From assembly GCA_050633305.1 (NCBI GenBank), contig JBOEGF010000012.1, forward strand, positions 1 to 59,384: 59,384 nt of DNA, given 5' to 3'. Numbering within the stretch: the first letter of the stretch is position 1; each line of letters opens with the position of its first letter. The stretch is from Nannocystales bacterium. GTDB lineage: Bacteria > Myxococcota_A > Polyangia > Nannocystales > Nannocystaceae. Of the stretch, positions 1-9,218 are shown one piece after another. The notes beneath the pieces were generated by a model. The model saw only the letters and a program-made list of their open reading frames with translations. It did no database searches and had not been told where the DNA came from. Made by a program: the position numbers and the translations under genes.

Positions 1-232
1 GCTACGGCGAGGACTTACCGCTCAGCTGTCGAGCTACGCCAGCTTTCGGTCGGGGCGGCCGTACCACGCGTACACCAGCGCGTGGGGGGACATCGGCGCG
101 GCGACGTCGATTCTCAACTGCATCGCAGCGATTCACGCGTGGGACCGAGGCTACGCCAAGGGTCCCGCCGCGATGGTATGGGGCGGCTCCGAGTCCGGGG
201 CCCGCGCCGCGCTCGTGCTGAGCGAGCGCTAG
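1..232 (+). CDS. 3' end of a beta-ketoacyl-synthase-like (thiolase-fold) protein of the type found in T6SS/DUF2169-PAAR loci (partial)
   Basis: Not in ORF track. Frame 2 reads open to TAG at 230-232: ...AWGDIGAATSILNCIAAIHAWDRGYAKGPAAMVWGGSESGARAALVLSER*. GD(I/V)GAA...RGYA.G...SxxGxRAA resembles the C-terminus of these proteins; a DUF4150 gene is nearby. Confidence 0.65.
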   Translation, partial: LRRGLTAQLSSYASFRSGRPYHAYTSAWGDIGAATSILNCIAAIHAWDRGYAKGPAAMVWGGSESGARAALVLSER

Positions 233-1014
233 TCGGTTTCGTCCTCGTCCCCGTCCTCGTCGTCAAACAGACTCTCGTCGATCTCGACGAGGCAGTTGAG
301 CACACAGAACCCGGTCACAGTCTCGAAGAGTTCGCCGTCGCCCCAGGTCGGCTCCAACTCCTCGAGCGTCATGAGGGAGCGCTGGATTCCGGTCACGATT
401 CCGTGAATGAAGTGACCTCCTCCGTGCGCTTGGGCGACCGGGGTTGGATTTACCAAAGACGCCTTCAACTGCTCTCCGCTGAAGGGCGCGACTTCGCCGA
501 AGGTTTCGATGTTCGTAGCGTGGAAACCCTCGACCAGTGGGTGAGCCCCAAGCGCCACCATCAGATCGCGAAACCGCTTCATCGCGTCAACATCGAACCC
601 GCCGTCCGGCTCGACCGCCCGATACAGGCGTTCGTCGAGGTGCGCAACGCAAACAGCCGGTGCTTCGATGTCCCTGCTCGGGACGACTGCGAGGCGGACG
701 TCCAACGCGTGCTCCACGTCCTCCATCCCGATGCTCCCCGTGACCGAGAACCACTGGTGCCTCGCAAGAAGACCCTCAAGGACCTCTTTGTTTAGCTCGG
801 TGGCCGCCTCAACGCGTCCTGCATCTCGGTCGGGTAGCTCGTCCTCGTACTTGAACTTGTCGTCTGTGTACTTCAGCCGCATCACACCGCCAATGCCGCG
901 GAACCCAAACTCGTAGCGTTCGAACAGCTGGTCCAACCAGGTCGACAGGACGGCGGTCGCGGACTCGGTGGATACATTCGACGTGACAACGGCCGTGCGC
1001 AGATAGCTGGACAT
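229..1014 (-). CDS. Hypothetical acidic protein, candidate immunity protein of the upstream PAAR-like toxin
   Basis: 261-aa ORF 21 nt downstream of the toxin, same strand, GAGGAG SD before ATG, acidic tail. Immunity role inferred from position only. Confidence 0.6.
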   Translation of the reverse strand: MSSYLRTAVVTSNVSTESATAVLSTWLDQLFERYEFGFRGIGGVMRLKYTDDKFKYEDELPDRDAGRVEAATELNKEVLEGLLARHQWFSVTGSIGMEDVEHALDVRLAVVPSRDIEAPAVCVAHLDERLYRAVEPDGGFDVDAMKRFRDLMVALGAHPLVEGFHATNIETFGEVAPFSGEQLKASLVNPTPVAQAHGGGHFIHGIVTGIQRSLMTLEELEPTWGDGELFETVTGFCVLNCLVEIDESLFDDEDGDEDETD

Positions 1015-1035
1015 TTCGATCTCCTCGTTCGCTCT

Positions 1036-1995
1036 CTAGTGTTGCTGGACGCTGCCAGCGGCAACGGCGGGCGTGACGGCTCCGCCCTGACCCGCAGGTA
1101 CGGCGGCGTGGACGGGTGCTCCAGGGAACAAGACCGCACACGCCGAGGCGTGCTTGGTCATCTGGCTTGCTGACACGGCAGCGCCACTCATCTTGCATTC
1201 CTTGACGGTTCCGTCTTCGGTGATGCAATCGAGCTCCCCCTGCATCCCACAGTCGGGGCACGAGTAGTCGACGGAGACTTCTTTGGCTTTGGTGTCGTCG
1301 GCAACCTTCTGTTCAAACGCCATGGCGTTTGATTGGCGCTCCGCCTCAATCGCCTTGTCCAGCATCCGACCCGCCAGCGCCGCCTTCCCCTGTCCATCGA
1401 GTACCACCGCGCGGCGAAGCAGCCGCTCCCCCTTGTTGGCCTCTTTCTCCCGATCCTGTTCCAGGTTCCGGCGCTTCTTCTCGTCCTTGTTGGGATCCGA
1501 CCGCTTCATGTTGGGGTGCGGGCAGTCCAGGTCACCAGCGCCCAAGCAGTAGGTCACCGAGATGCCCTGAACGAGGCCCATCATGGTCGCCGAGTTTGGC
1601 GGGCTTCCACTACCCCCGCAGTTGTTGAGCATCGGATCGCCAAGCAGCTGCACAGCCTTGCCCTCGAACTTCACGTCCATCGAGCCAGGCCCGACGAACT
1701 TCGTAGGGCCGTGCGTGTTGGAGGAGACCAGGCCCCCGCCGGTGCCTTTCGATGCAACGTCCCCTGTGGACTTGAACGTGGCGCCGGCGATGGCGACGGG
1801 GTCTCCGTCACACTTGACCTTCTTCGTGTAGCCTTTTGGGCTGTCCCCGCTCTTGCCAATGTTCGGAAGCGGCGCGGGAACGAATGGCGCGGGCGGGCCG
1901 GGCATCTTGCAGATGTTCGGGACCGTCGCGACAGCGAGACCGCTGCTGCCCTTGGTCACCGGTGTTCTCGGTGGGTTGACGCCAACAGTCCCCAT
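1036..1995 (-). CDS. DUF4150/PAAR-like domain protein with C-terminal PD-(D/E)xK nuclease-like toxin domain
   Basis: N-term PNICKMPGPPAPFVPAPLPN...STGDVAS...GSMDVKFEGKAVQLLGDPMLNN is typical of DUF4150. C-term FEQKVA...GELDCIT...KECK...Q fits REase E-D-ExK. Start set at ATG 1995. Confidence 0.85.
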   Translation of the reverse strand: MGTVGVNPPRTPVTKGSSGLAVATVPNICKMPGPPAPFVPAPLPNIGKSGDSPKGYTKKVKCDGDPVAIAGATFKSTGDVASKGTGGGLVSSNTHGPTKFVGPGSMDVKFEGKAVQLLGDPMLNNCGGSGSPPNSATMMGLVQGISVTYCLGAGDLDCPHPNMKRSDPNKDEKKRRNLEQDREKEANKGERLLRRAVVLDGQGKAALAGRMLDKAIEAERQSNAMAFEQKVADDTKAKEVSVDYSCPDCGMQGELDCITEDGTVKECKMSGAAVSASQMTKHASACAVLFPGAPVHAAVPAGQGGAVTPAVAAGSVQQH

Positions 1996-2388
1996 CGGGG
2001 CGAACGGTAGCACCGTCCTCGAGCCGCGTCAGGGCCTGCTTCGCTCCGCAAATGGCAATACCGCGTGGGGGAAACGCGGCGCGCCTCCGATTCCGGCCCG
2101 GAGGCGAGGGCGGAGGCCTCCGGCCTCGAGCAGTCTCTTGCAGCGCCATCCCGACCACGCCAGCGCTCTGTCCCGAGCTGCCCACCCTCGATGTCGGCGC
2201 CGTCCTTCCGCGACCCATCGTGTTGAGGGGAGCTGGCGCTTTCGGCATTGGAGTGGCCTTCCGAGCCACGGACCGGCGACTGGAGCAGTCGGTCGCACTC
2301 AACCTGAGATGCCGAGACGTGGTCCAGCGAAGTTTTTCTTCACCCGCGTTGAACCGTTCCGCCTGGCTCGTCACTAGCGGCGCAAGTC

Positions 2389-4791
2389 ATGTTCGCGAAT
2401 CGCCAACAACTCTCCAGCCCTTCTCCCCGCGCCTCGTTCCAGCCCCAGCTCACGCGTCACCTGCTGGCAGCCTCATTGCTGGCCACCTCCGTGGCCGCAG
2501 GCTGTGATCACACGGACGACACCCCCAACCATCGAAGCGCCACAGGCACCATCGATCCTGCGACGGGTGGAACCAGCATCGGCGAGTTCGAGCCGATCGA
2601 GCGGGCGGACTTCTTCTGCCCGTATCGCTACACGCCAACCTCGGATGACGCGACAGCCTCGACGCTCCCAATCCCCTACTGCGCGTCGGCGACGTTGGAT
2701 GGGCGGACTCGGTATGACTTCGATGCGGTCTCCCGGCTGGTGATCTCTCAACACGGTCGCGGGTCGGACGCGCAGATGTACTTCGACCGGATGAACGACG
2801 CGGCGGTCGCACTCGGCCCCGAACTCCCGGGGGCGACGTTTGTGATTGCACCGCAGTTCTTCGATACGAACCCGATCAAGAACAACAAGGTCGAAGAGTC
2901 AGACCTCGCGGGGATCCTATGGTGGAAAGACGGGGGCTGGCCCAGTGGGTTCTCGTCCAACGGACACCAAGGAGCCTCGCTCAGTTCGTTCACGGTGATG
3001 GACGGACTCGTGGCGCAGGCGGTTGATCAGATGCCGAACCTACAGGAGGTGATCTTTGTAGGCCAGTCGGCGGGCGGGCAGACGGTGCAGAAGTACGCGG
3101 TGCTCAACAACGCGACGTATCCAGCCAACGTCAGTGTGCGCTACGTGCCGGCGAACCCGTTCGCGTATGCGTATGTCGACGCGGAGCGTTCGACGTTCGA
3201 GTTTGGTCAGGTCTCGGCCGAGGACCACTCGTTTGTGGTCCCAGATGGGAACGCGGTGTTCGCTTGGGAGAGCCCGCTGGTGTGCCCCGACCTGGTGGGA
3301 GAGGCCCGGCCGGACGACTACGACGACTGGGGGAGCGGCCTCGAAGCCGCGCCGAGCTACAGCGGCGCGCTGTCGGAGAACCAACAACAGACGGTGGCGG
3401 ACCGCTATGTGAGTCGCGACGTCACGTACCTCATCGGTGAGAACGACATGTTCACAGACAGCAACCAGTGCGGCGGTGCGGCGCAAGTTCAGGGCAAGCA
3501 CCGTCGCAGGCGGGCGGAGGCCTATGCGGCCCACGTGCAGCAACTCGGTGCAGACCACGAGTTGGTCAAGATCCCAGACTTCGGCCACGGCAGCGGGATG
3601 TTCGAAGAAGACTGCGTGCGCCGGGTGGTGTTTGGGCTGGGGACGGACTGCAACGCGATGGAGGACGAGGTTGCGCTGACGGATTGGAGCGGTGATGTCG
3701 TGGAGGTGACGGCGTTCGAGACCAACGATGGCGACGACCAACCGGAACTCGTCGTGGCTCACCGAGGCGACAGCGGAGACCGGCTCTACCTGCTGGACGA
3801 CGTGGACCATGGGTTCGCGCTGCTTGCGGACATCACTCCGGCTTGGGGCGCGCAGGCGCGGGTCACAGGAGTGGAGGTGGCGTACTTGGATCCGACGGTT
3901 CAGGGACGGGAACTCGTGGTTGGCGTGTCTGGCGGGACCGGTGGGTGGTACGTGCTGGGTCGGGACAACGGGGATGTCCTGGAACTCGAAGCTGGGGCGC
4001 AGGGCCAAGACATCGCGGCGCTTTCGGTAGGAGACCTGTCCGCGGCGTCTGGTTCGGAGATCGTCGCGGCCTGGGACACGACGCAAGGGGAGCGCTGGCG
4101 GGCCTTTGCATGGGACAACGGTGCCCACGTTCCGACGAACGGTGGCACGTTCGCGAGCCCGGGCCGGCCGGTGGCGATCGAGGTCGCGAACTTTGTCTAC
4201 GACAGCGCGGTGGAAATCGCGGTCGCGCTGGACAGCTCGACGGGTCCGCGGCTGGCTTTGGCCGATCTGTTCGGAAACAGCATGATGGTAAACCCCGGCT
4301 GGGCCGACGGCCGGCGCATCGTGGACGCGGACTCGTCTTGGCGCCTTGGGGTGGACGGGCAGCCGACCCGAGAGCTGGTGCTCGCGACGACGGGCGGCGA
4401 TCGGCCGTGGGTCATCCTCGAAGAAGACGTGGGCTCCCCGGGCATGCTGATGCAGGTGCTCGAAAGCCCGGAGGTGTGGGCCGATGGTGTAGAGCCGACG
4501 AGCATCTTCGTCGGGGACCCGTTCTCCTACAAGAGCACGGTCGTCGTTGGCCGCACGGGACCCGTGGAGGGTCATGCGGTGCTCTACACGTACAAGCGGG
4601 ACGAGGTGGAGGACGAGGACGTGCCGGTCCTGGGCGATGTCCGGGTGGAGGCGTTGGGACTCGGCGACGAGGCGGCGATCACCGCCCTCGCATTCGGAGA
4701 CCTGGACGACCGAGGCACACACGAGGTGCTGATCGGGCGCGCGGGGGACCCCGGGTTCGGCTACCGCCTGCGCGTGCTCTCGGCGCTCTGA
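2389..4791 (+). CDS. Secreted/lipoprotein alpha/beta-hydrolase with C-terminal FG-GAP/VCBS-like repeats
   Basis: Lipobox-like VAAGC; QHG, APQF, GQSAGG nucleophile elbow, GENDM, FGHG; C-terminal GDL...EIV/ELV repeats (GDLDDRGTHEVLIG). Confidence 0.7.
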   Translation: MFANRQQLSSPSPRASFQPQLTRHLLAASLLATSVAAGCDHTDDTPNHRSATGTIDPATGGTSIGEFEPIERADFFCPYRYTPTSDDATASTLPIPYCASATLDGRTRYDFDAVSRLVISQHGRGSDAQMYFDRMNDAAVALGPELPGATFVIAPQFFDTNPIKNNKVEESDLAGILWWKDGGWPSGFSSNGHQGASLSSFTVMDGLVAQAVDQMPNLQEVIFVGQSAGGQTVQKYAVLNNATYPANVSVRYVPANPFAYAYVDAERSTFEFGQVSAEDHSFVVPDGNAVFAWESPLVCPDLVGEARPDDYDDWGSGLEAAPSYSGALSENQQQTVADRYVSRDVTYLIGENDMFTDSNQCGGAAQVQGKHRRRRAEAYAAHVQQLGADHELVKIPDFGHGSGMFEEDCVRRVVFGLGTDCNAMEDEVALTDWSGDVVEVTAFETNDGDDQPELVVAHRGDSGDRLYLLDDVDHGFALLADITPAWGAQARVTGVEVAYLDPTVQGRELVVGVSGGTGGWYVLGRDNGDVLELEAGAQGQDIAALSVGDLSAASGSEIVAAWDTTQGERWRAFAWDNGAHVPTNGGTFASPGRPVAIEVANFVYDSAVEIAVALDSSTGPRLALADLFGNSMMVNPGWADGRRIVDADSSWRLGVDGQPTRELVLATTGGDRPWVILEEDVGSPGMLMQVLESPEVWADGVEPTSIFVGDPFSYKSTVVVGRTGPVEGHAVLYTYKRDEVEDEDVPVLGDVRVEALGLGDEAAITALAFGDLDDRGTHEVLIGRAGDPGFGYRLRVLSAL

Positions 4792-4870
4792 GTCTCGCGT
4801 CCACTCGTCGCGGGTGGCCCTGGGTGCGCTCGGTTCGAGCCGCACCCAGGGCCACACCCGTGGCGTGGGC

Positions 4871-5893
4871 TCAAGCGTCGGGCTGGGACATGCCGAACGG
4901 CTTGGGTACAGCCAGCCCGCGTTGGACTGCGGGTCGGTCGAGGACGCGGTGAAACCATCGGGTCAGCGCGGGCCGACCGGGCTCGAACCGGAAGCCGAAC
5001 GCTCGAACGCAGTACAGCCACCCAAAGCAGCTGATGTCGACGATGGAGTAGTCGCCCAGCAAGAAGTCGCGGTCAGCGAGCCGCGTTTCGAGGACATCGT
5101 AGAGGCGCTCGGCCTCCCTCTGGTAGCGCTCGATCGCGTACGGAATCCTCTCCTTGGCGATGGCCTCGAAGTGACCACGCTGGCCCAGCATGGGGCCGAG
5201 GCTCGCGGCCACAAAGAAGAGCCATTGCACCGCTTCGGAGCGCGCTTCGGGGTGTGCGGGGAGGAGTTGCCCGGAGCGCTCCGCGAGGTGTAGCAAGATC
5301 GCGCTCGATTCGAAGACGACATGCCCCGTGTCGCGGTCGACGATGGCGGGCACCTTGTGGTTCGGATTCAGCCGGGCGAGCGGCGCCTCGAATTGCTGGC
5401 CGGCATCGAGGTCGACGGGGTGTGCGGCATAGTCGATGCCCAACTCCTCCAGGGCAATGCTCACCTTGTAGCCATTGGGTCCGGAGGATGTGTACAGGTC
5501 GACGCCCGCCGCGTTGGGTTCGAGGGCGCGGAAGGTCTTGTGTTGCAGGAGCCAGCCGCCGTCGCGGCGGGCGAAGACGAGCGTGTCGGCGAAGCCCCCG
5601 GTGTCCCACCGCAAAGAACCGTCGACGATGGCGTGTTGCTCATCGCCCCGAATCGACCGCAGGGTCGCCTTGGGAACCACGCCGAACAGCTCCTCAAATC
5701 GGGTGACCCGGTCGAGATAGGTGTCTCGGTCCCACACGTGCCACGCGCCGTCGATGAAGCCTTCCACGCGAAACGAAGGCGAGGTCATCGCGGCGACGCC
5801 CTCACGGTCTCCTCGTTCAATCGCTCGATAAAACCGTTCGGCGGCAGCTCTCAAGTCTCGTTGGGTTCGCTGATCATGCTGAGTCATGTCCAC
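4871..5893 (-). CDS. Fusion: NTF2/SnoaL-like (lumazine-binding-like) domain + YfcG/Ure2-like glutathione S-transferase
   Basis: C-term PNGYKVSIALEELG, LNPNHKVPAIVD, FESSAILLHLAE, YSIVDI = GST. N-term FYRAIERGD...F.DTLVFARRDGGWLLQHKTF = NTF2-like. Confidence 0.85.
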   Translation of the reverse strand: MDMTQHDQRTQRDLRAAAERFYRAIERGDREGVAAMTSPSFRVEGFIDGAWHVWDRDTYLDRVTRFEELFGVVPKATLRSIRGDEQHAIVDGSLRWDTGGFADTLVFARRDGGWLLQHKTFRALEPNAAGVDLYTSSGPNGYKVSIALEELGIDYAAHPVDLDAGQQFEAPLARLNPNHKVPAIVDRDTGHVVFESSAILLHLAERSGQLLPAHPEARSEAVQWLFFVAASLGPMLGQRGHFEAIAKERIPYAIERYQREAERLYDVLETRLADRDFLLGDYSIVDISCFGWLYCVRAFGFRFEPGRPALTRWFHRVLDRPAVQRGLAVPKPFGMSQPDA

Positions 5894-5958
5894 ATCCGTT
5901 CTGAAGGGACTATGGGGATGTTGGTCGATACCTTCAAAGACCGGTTTTGCACGGATCG

Positions 5959-5973
5959 ATACCCATTGGGTAT
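5959..5973. promoter_or_regulatory. LysR-type recognition box ATAC-N7-GTAT
   Basis: Perfect interrupted palindrome ATACCCA-T-TGGGTAT between divergent GST and LysR genes; matches the CatR/BenM/CbnR-type consensus. Confidence 0.8.
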
Positions 5974-5982
5974 GGTGAGGCG

Positions 5983-6846
5983 ATGGAGCTTCGACACCTG
6001 CGCTACTTCGTGGCCGTTGCGCAGGAGGGCAGCTTCAGCGCGGCTGCCGACCGGCTACACATCTCGCAGCCACCGCTGAGCCGACAGGTCCGGGAACTCG
6101 AAGGAGAGCTCGAGGTGACGTTGTTCGAACGCGGCCGCCATGGCGCACGGCTCACCGCGGCGGGGGCGGTGTTTGAGCAACGCGTGACAGAGCTGTTCAC
6201 GCAGCTCGAGCAATCCGTGTTGCACGCGCGGGAGGTGGCGGCCGGCAAGACCGGACGACTCCGCATCGGCTACAGCCATGCTGCCGCGAATGCGCTCGCA
6301 AGAGCGGTGAGAAGGCTGCGCGAAGACGGTTGCGAGGCGTGGATCGAGCTCGACGAAATGACCGCAACCGCGCAGCTCGAAGCGCTGCGCGCCCGTCGCA
6401 TCGATCTCGCGCTGGGCTACCGCCTGCCGTCTTTGAACGTTCCGGATGTGCACGCGCAAGCCGTGGTGCACTCCGCGGTGCGCTTGGTGGTGCCCAAAGG
6501 TTGGCGACGGCGTGTGAAACGTGACCCGTCGGTGCTCTCACAACTCCCGCTGTTGTTTCTGCCACAGGCCGCCGCACCCACGCTGCACGCCCAAGCGCTC
6601 GACCGGCTTCGCGAGCAGGGCATCGTTCCACACACGGTGAGGGAGCTGCGGTCCGCACGTTCGGTCCTGTTGCTCATCGGGGCGGGGGACGGCTTCGGAC
6701 TCATCCCCGAATCGATCGACGTCCGCGGCGTCGAAGGCGTAGAGGCGTCGGACGACCCGGTTCTCGACCTGGGGTTGGATACCTGGGCGTTCTGGATCAA
6801 TCAGACCCCTGTTGCCCGGCGCCTGGTCGATGCGCTGGGCGAGTGA
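5983..6846 (+). CDS. LysR-family transcriptional regulator
   Basis: MELRHLRYFVAVAQEGSFSAAADRLHISQPPLSRQVRELE...LFERG HTH. Confidence 0.95.
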   Translation: MELRHLRYFVAVAQEGSFSAAADRLHISQPPLSRQVRELEGELEVTLFERGRHGARLTAAGAVFEQRVTELFTQLEQSVLHAREVAAGKTGRLRIGYSHAAANALARAVRRLREDGCEAWIELDEMTATAQLEALRARRIDLALGYRLPSLNVPDVHAQAVVHSAVRLVVPKGWRRRVKRDPSVLSQLPLLFLPQAAAPTLHAQALDRLREQGIVPHTVRELRSARSVLLLIGAGDGFGLIPESIDVRGVEGVEASDDPVLDLGLDTWAFWINQTPVARRLVDALGE

Positions 6847-6899
6847 ACACAGCGGTCCGCGGGGTGGACCCTTCGCGTAGACTCTCCCGCGAGCACGCG

Positions 6900-7460
6900 A
6901 TGGCACTCTCAGCGACCCTGCATCACTTCCAGATCGAGCTCTCCAACATCGACGCTGGGGTCTACGAGAGCCTCGAGCTGCGGGTGGCACGTCACCCCTC
7001 CGAAGACGCCTCGCGTGTTGTGATCCGCGTGCTTGCCCGGGCGGTCGAACACGACGCGGGGATGGAGTTCGGGCGCGGGCTGGCGGAAGCCGAGGACCCC
7101 GCGCTGTGGACCCGGACCCCGACCGGCGAAGTGAAGACGTGGATCGATGTCGGAGCCCCTTCGGCGGACCGCTTGCACCGCGCGAGCAAGCGTTCGCAGA
7201 GGGTGGTGGTGTTCACCCACAAACGTCGCGCGGCGCTGATTCAGGCCTGGTCGAGTCGGAAGATTCATCGTGCCGAGGCCATCGATGTCGTGCAATTCGA
7301 CCCGGCGTTGCTCGACACGCTCGCGGAACACCTGGAGCGCAATGTGTCTTGGTACCTGACGATCCACGAGGGCTCGCTCAGCGTGGCGTTCGGTGAACAG
7401 AGCGTCCAAGCCCCACTCGTCCGTACGAGCCTCGAGGATTTTCTCGCCGGGCAGGGGTGA
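6900..7460 (+). CDS. yaeQ: YaeQ family protein
   Basis: MALSATL...SNIDAGVYESLELRVARHPSE...FGRGL...EDPALW...WIDVGAP. Confidence 0.9.
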   Translation: MALSATLHHFQIELSNIDAGVYESLELRVARHPSEDASRVVIRVLARAVEHDAGMEFGRGLAEAEDPALWTRTPTGEVKTWIDVGAPSADRLHRASKRSQRVVVFTHKRRAALIQAWSSRKIHRAEAIDVVQFDPALLDTLAEHLERNVSWYLTIHEGSLSVAFGEQSVQAPLVRTSLEDFLAGQG

Positions 7461-7472
7461 GTCCACGCCTCT

Positions 7473-8504
7473 CTAGAACCCGCACGAGTTCCGGCACGAG
7501 TTGCCAAGAGAGCGGCAGTTCCGAACGCAGATCGTCTCTCCACGGCAGGAACTCATGCACACGCCGGTCTCGCCGTACATGGTGAGGCAGTTGTCCTCAC
7601 AGCGTTCGGTCTGTCTCGCTTGTTGGTCAGCCCACTCCGCCTCCGCCTCGTCGGCCGCGCGACGGTCCAGGAGTGCCTGGTAGTCGAGCAGGATGTCGCG
7701 AGGGACGAAAGCGAAGTTCCGGCGCATCGTGTAGGCATCGGAGCAGGACATGACCAAGTCGAGCAGTTGGATCTGGTCGTGGTGGTCGGTGATGCGAGGC
7801 CAGACTTCGGTGATCAGCGTCAGCAGCTCGTCGCATTGCCCTCGCACGCGGAGCGGGTTTGCGACCAGGGCGGTCTCCTTTGCGCCGAGGCAGGCGCGCT
7901 GGGGTCCGGTGAAGCGGGCCAGCGCGGCATCGATTTCGCCCAGGCTCCACATCAAGGAGGTGACCTGGAGTTGGTCCTCGCACCCGGCTGTGGGAAGGGA
8001 GAGCCGCGTCAGGACAGGACGAGCCTCGGTGAGCAGGTCCTGCAACGTGAGGTTGTCGGGGCTCTTCGCCGACTTCCGCTGGCTGTGCACAAACGCGGCG
8101 AGACTCTCGAGGGCGGCCAGCTGCGCCCGGCGTTCGTTGGGGGCCTCGTTGGCAGCCCGAATGGCGGCCTGCGCATCGAGCAGCAACGCCTCACCCGGGT
8201 TGCAGTTCGCGGACACCCGTTGCTCCGCGTATTGCTCGAACTGACTCCGCCGCGGCGAGCTGCCTTCGTCGAACGTCGCGGCAACGGCTTTCCAGTGGAG
8301 GCAGACCCGGTGGGGGTCGTCGGCCAGGGCACGCGCTCGCTCCTTGCCAGCCTCGATCCGGGCCCGTTGGTCTCGTGTGAAGCGATACTTGATGTGGGTG
8401 TAGTCGTCGGTGAAGAGCACGGTGCATCCGGGCAGCAGGAACGCAACAAGCGCGACGACACGGTGGACCGCCAGGCGCGGTCGGGGGGGAAAGCGGATGC
8501 TCAT
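7473..8504 (-). CDS. Hypothetical lipoprotein with Cys-rich C-terminal tail
   Basis: Signal VVALVAFLLPGC; helical body; C-term CEDNC...CMSSC...CVRNC...CRNSC. Start trimmed to ATG 8504 to avoid overlap with the ECF gene. Confidence 0.65.
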   Translation of the reverse strand: MSIRFPPRPRLAVHRVVALVAFLLPGCTVLFTDDYTHIKYRFTRDQRARIEAGKERARALADDPHRVCLHWKAVAATFDEGSSPRRSQFEQYAEQRVSANCNPGEALLLDAQAAIRAANEAPNERRAQLAALESLAAFVHSQRKSAKSPDNLTLQDLLTEARPVLTRLSLPTAGCEDQLQVTSLMWSLGEIDAALARFTGPQRACLGAKETALVANPLRVRGQCDELLTLITEVWPRITDHHDQIQLLDLVMSCSDAYTMRRNFAFVPRDILLDYQALLDRRAADEAEAEWADQQARQTERCEDNCLTMYGETGVCMSSCRGETICVRNCRSLGNSCRNSCGF

Positions 8505-8566
8505 GTCCGGCCCGTACCCGCAGCGCAGATTTGGATCGGCGAAAGTGAGTGAGGCCGCGCACGCCG

Positions 8567-9178
8567 CTACTGCTGCTGTAACGCGCGGAGTTCGGATGCC
8601 CACCGATCGAGGCCCTGGAGCGAACTCTCGGCAAGCTCTGGTTCCGACGCGGCGGCTTCGAGTGCGGCCCGCAGAGCTTCGCGGGCGCGACCCAGCCGGG
8701 ACTTCACGGTCCCAACCGGGATCTCCATGACTTCGGCAATGTCGCGCATCGTGAGGCCCTGCCAGAACTGCAGTTCGATCAAGATCTGCTGATCGAGCGG
8801 CAAACTCTGAAGCGCGCGCTGCAGGAGTCGGACCTCGTCGCGGGCACCCACGACCGAGGAGGGAGAATGCGGGCCCGAGGCGTGGACCTTGGGGTTGTGG
8901 GCGAGGGCTCCTGTGCGCCGCCGTTCGGAGCGAAAGTACTTCCACAGCACGCGCCGAGCGATGCCTAGGACGAAGGCGCGAGGTGTCCCCTCGGCACGGT
9001 AGCGTTCGGGGTGCGCGACACATGCAGCAAAGACCTGCTGCGTGAGGTCTTCGGCGCCAGAGGCGACCTTGCTGCGGACAAACCCGAACACGTCTTTGAA
9101 GTAGCGTTCCACGAAGGCCTTCCCGGCATCCGCGTCGCCGGCACCCCACCGCTGCAGCAGCTGACGGTCATCGTCCAA
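8567..9178 (-). CDS. ECF RNA polymerase sigma factor
   Basis: AEDLTQQVF, FVLGIARR (region 2); LPLDQQILIELQFWQGLTMRDIAEVMEIPVGTVKSRLGRAR (region 4). Confidence 0.93.
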   Translation of the reverse strand: MDDDRQLLQRWGAGDADAGKAFVERYFKDVFGFVRSKVASGAEDLTQQVFAACVAHPERYRAEGTPRAFVLGIARRVLWKYFRSERRRTGALAHNPKVHASGPHSPSSVVGARDEVRLLQRALQSLPLDQQILIELQFWQGLTMRDIAEVMEIPVGTVKSRLGRAREALRAALEAAASEPELAESSLQGLDRWASELRALQQQ

Positions 9179-9218
9179 CGCCTGATGCTACCGCATCCTG
9201 GTAGCCTCGACGTCGAGG

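Noticed and set aside
2350..2374. TGAACC...CGTCAC as ECF promoter for the hydrolase
   Set aside because: Spacer is 13 nt rather than ~16 and there is no second copy.
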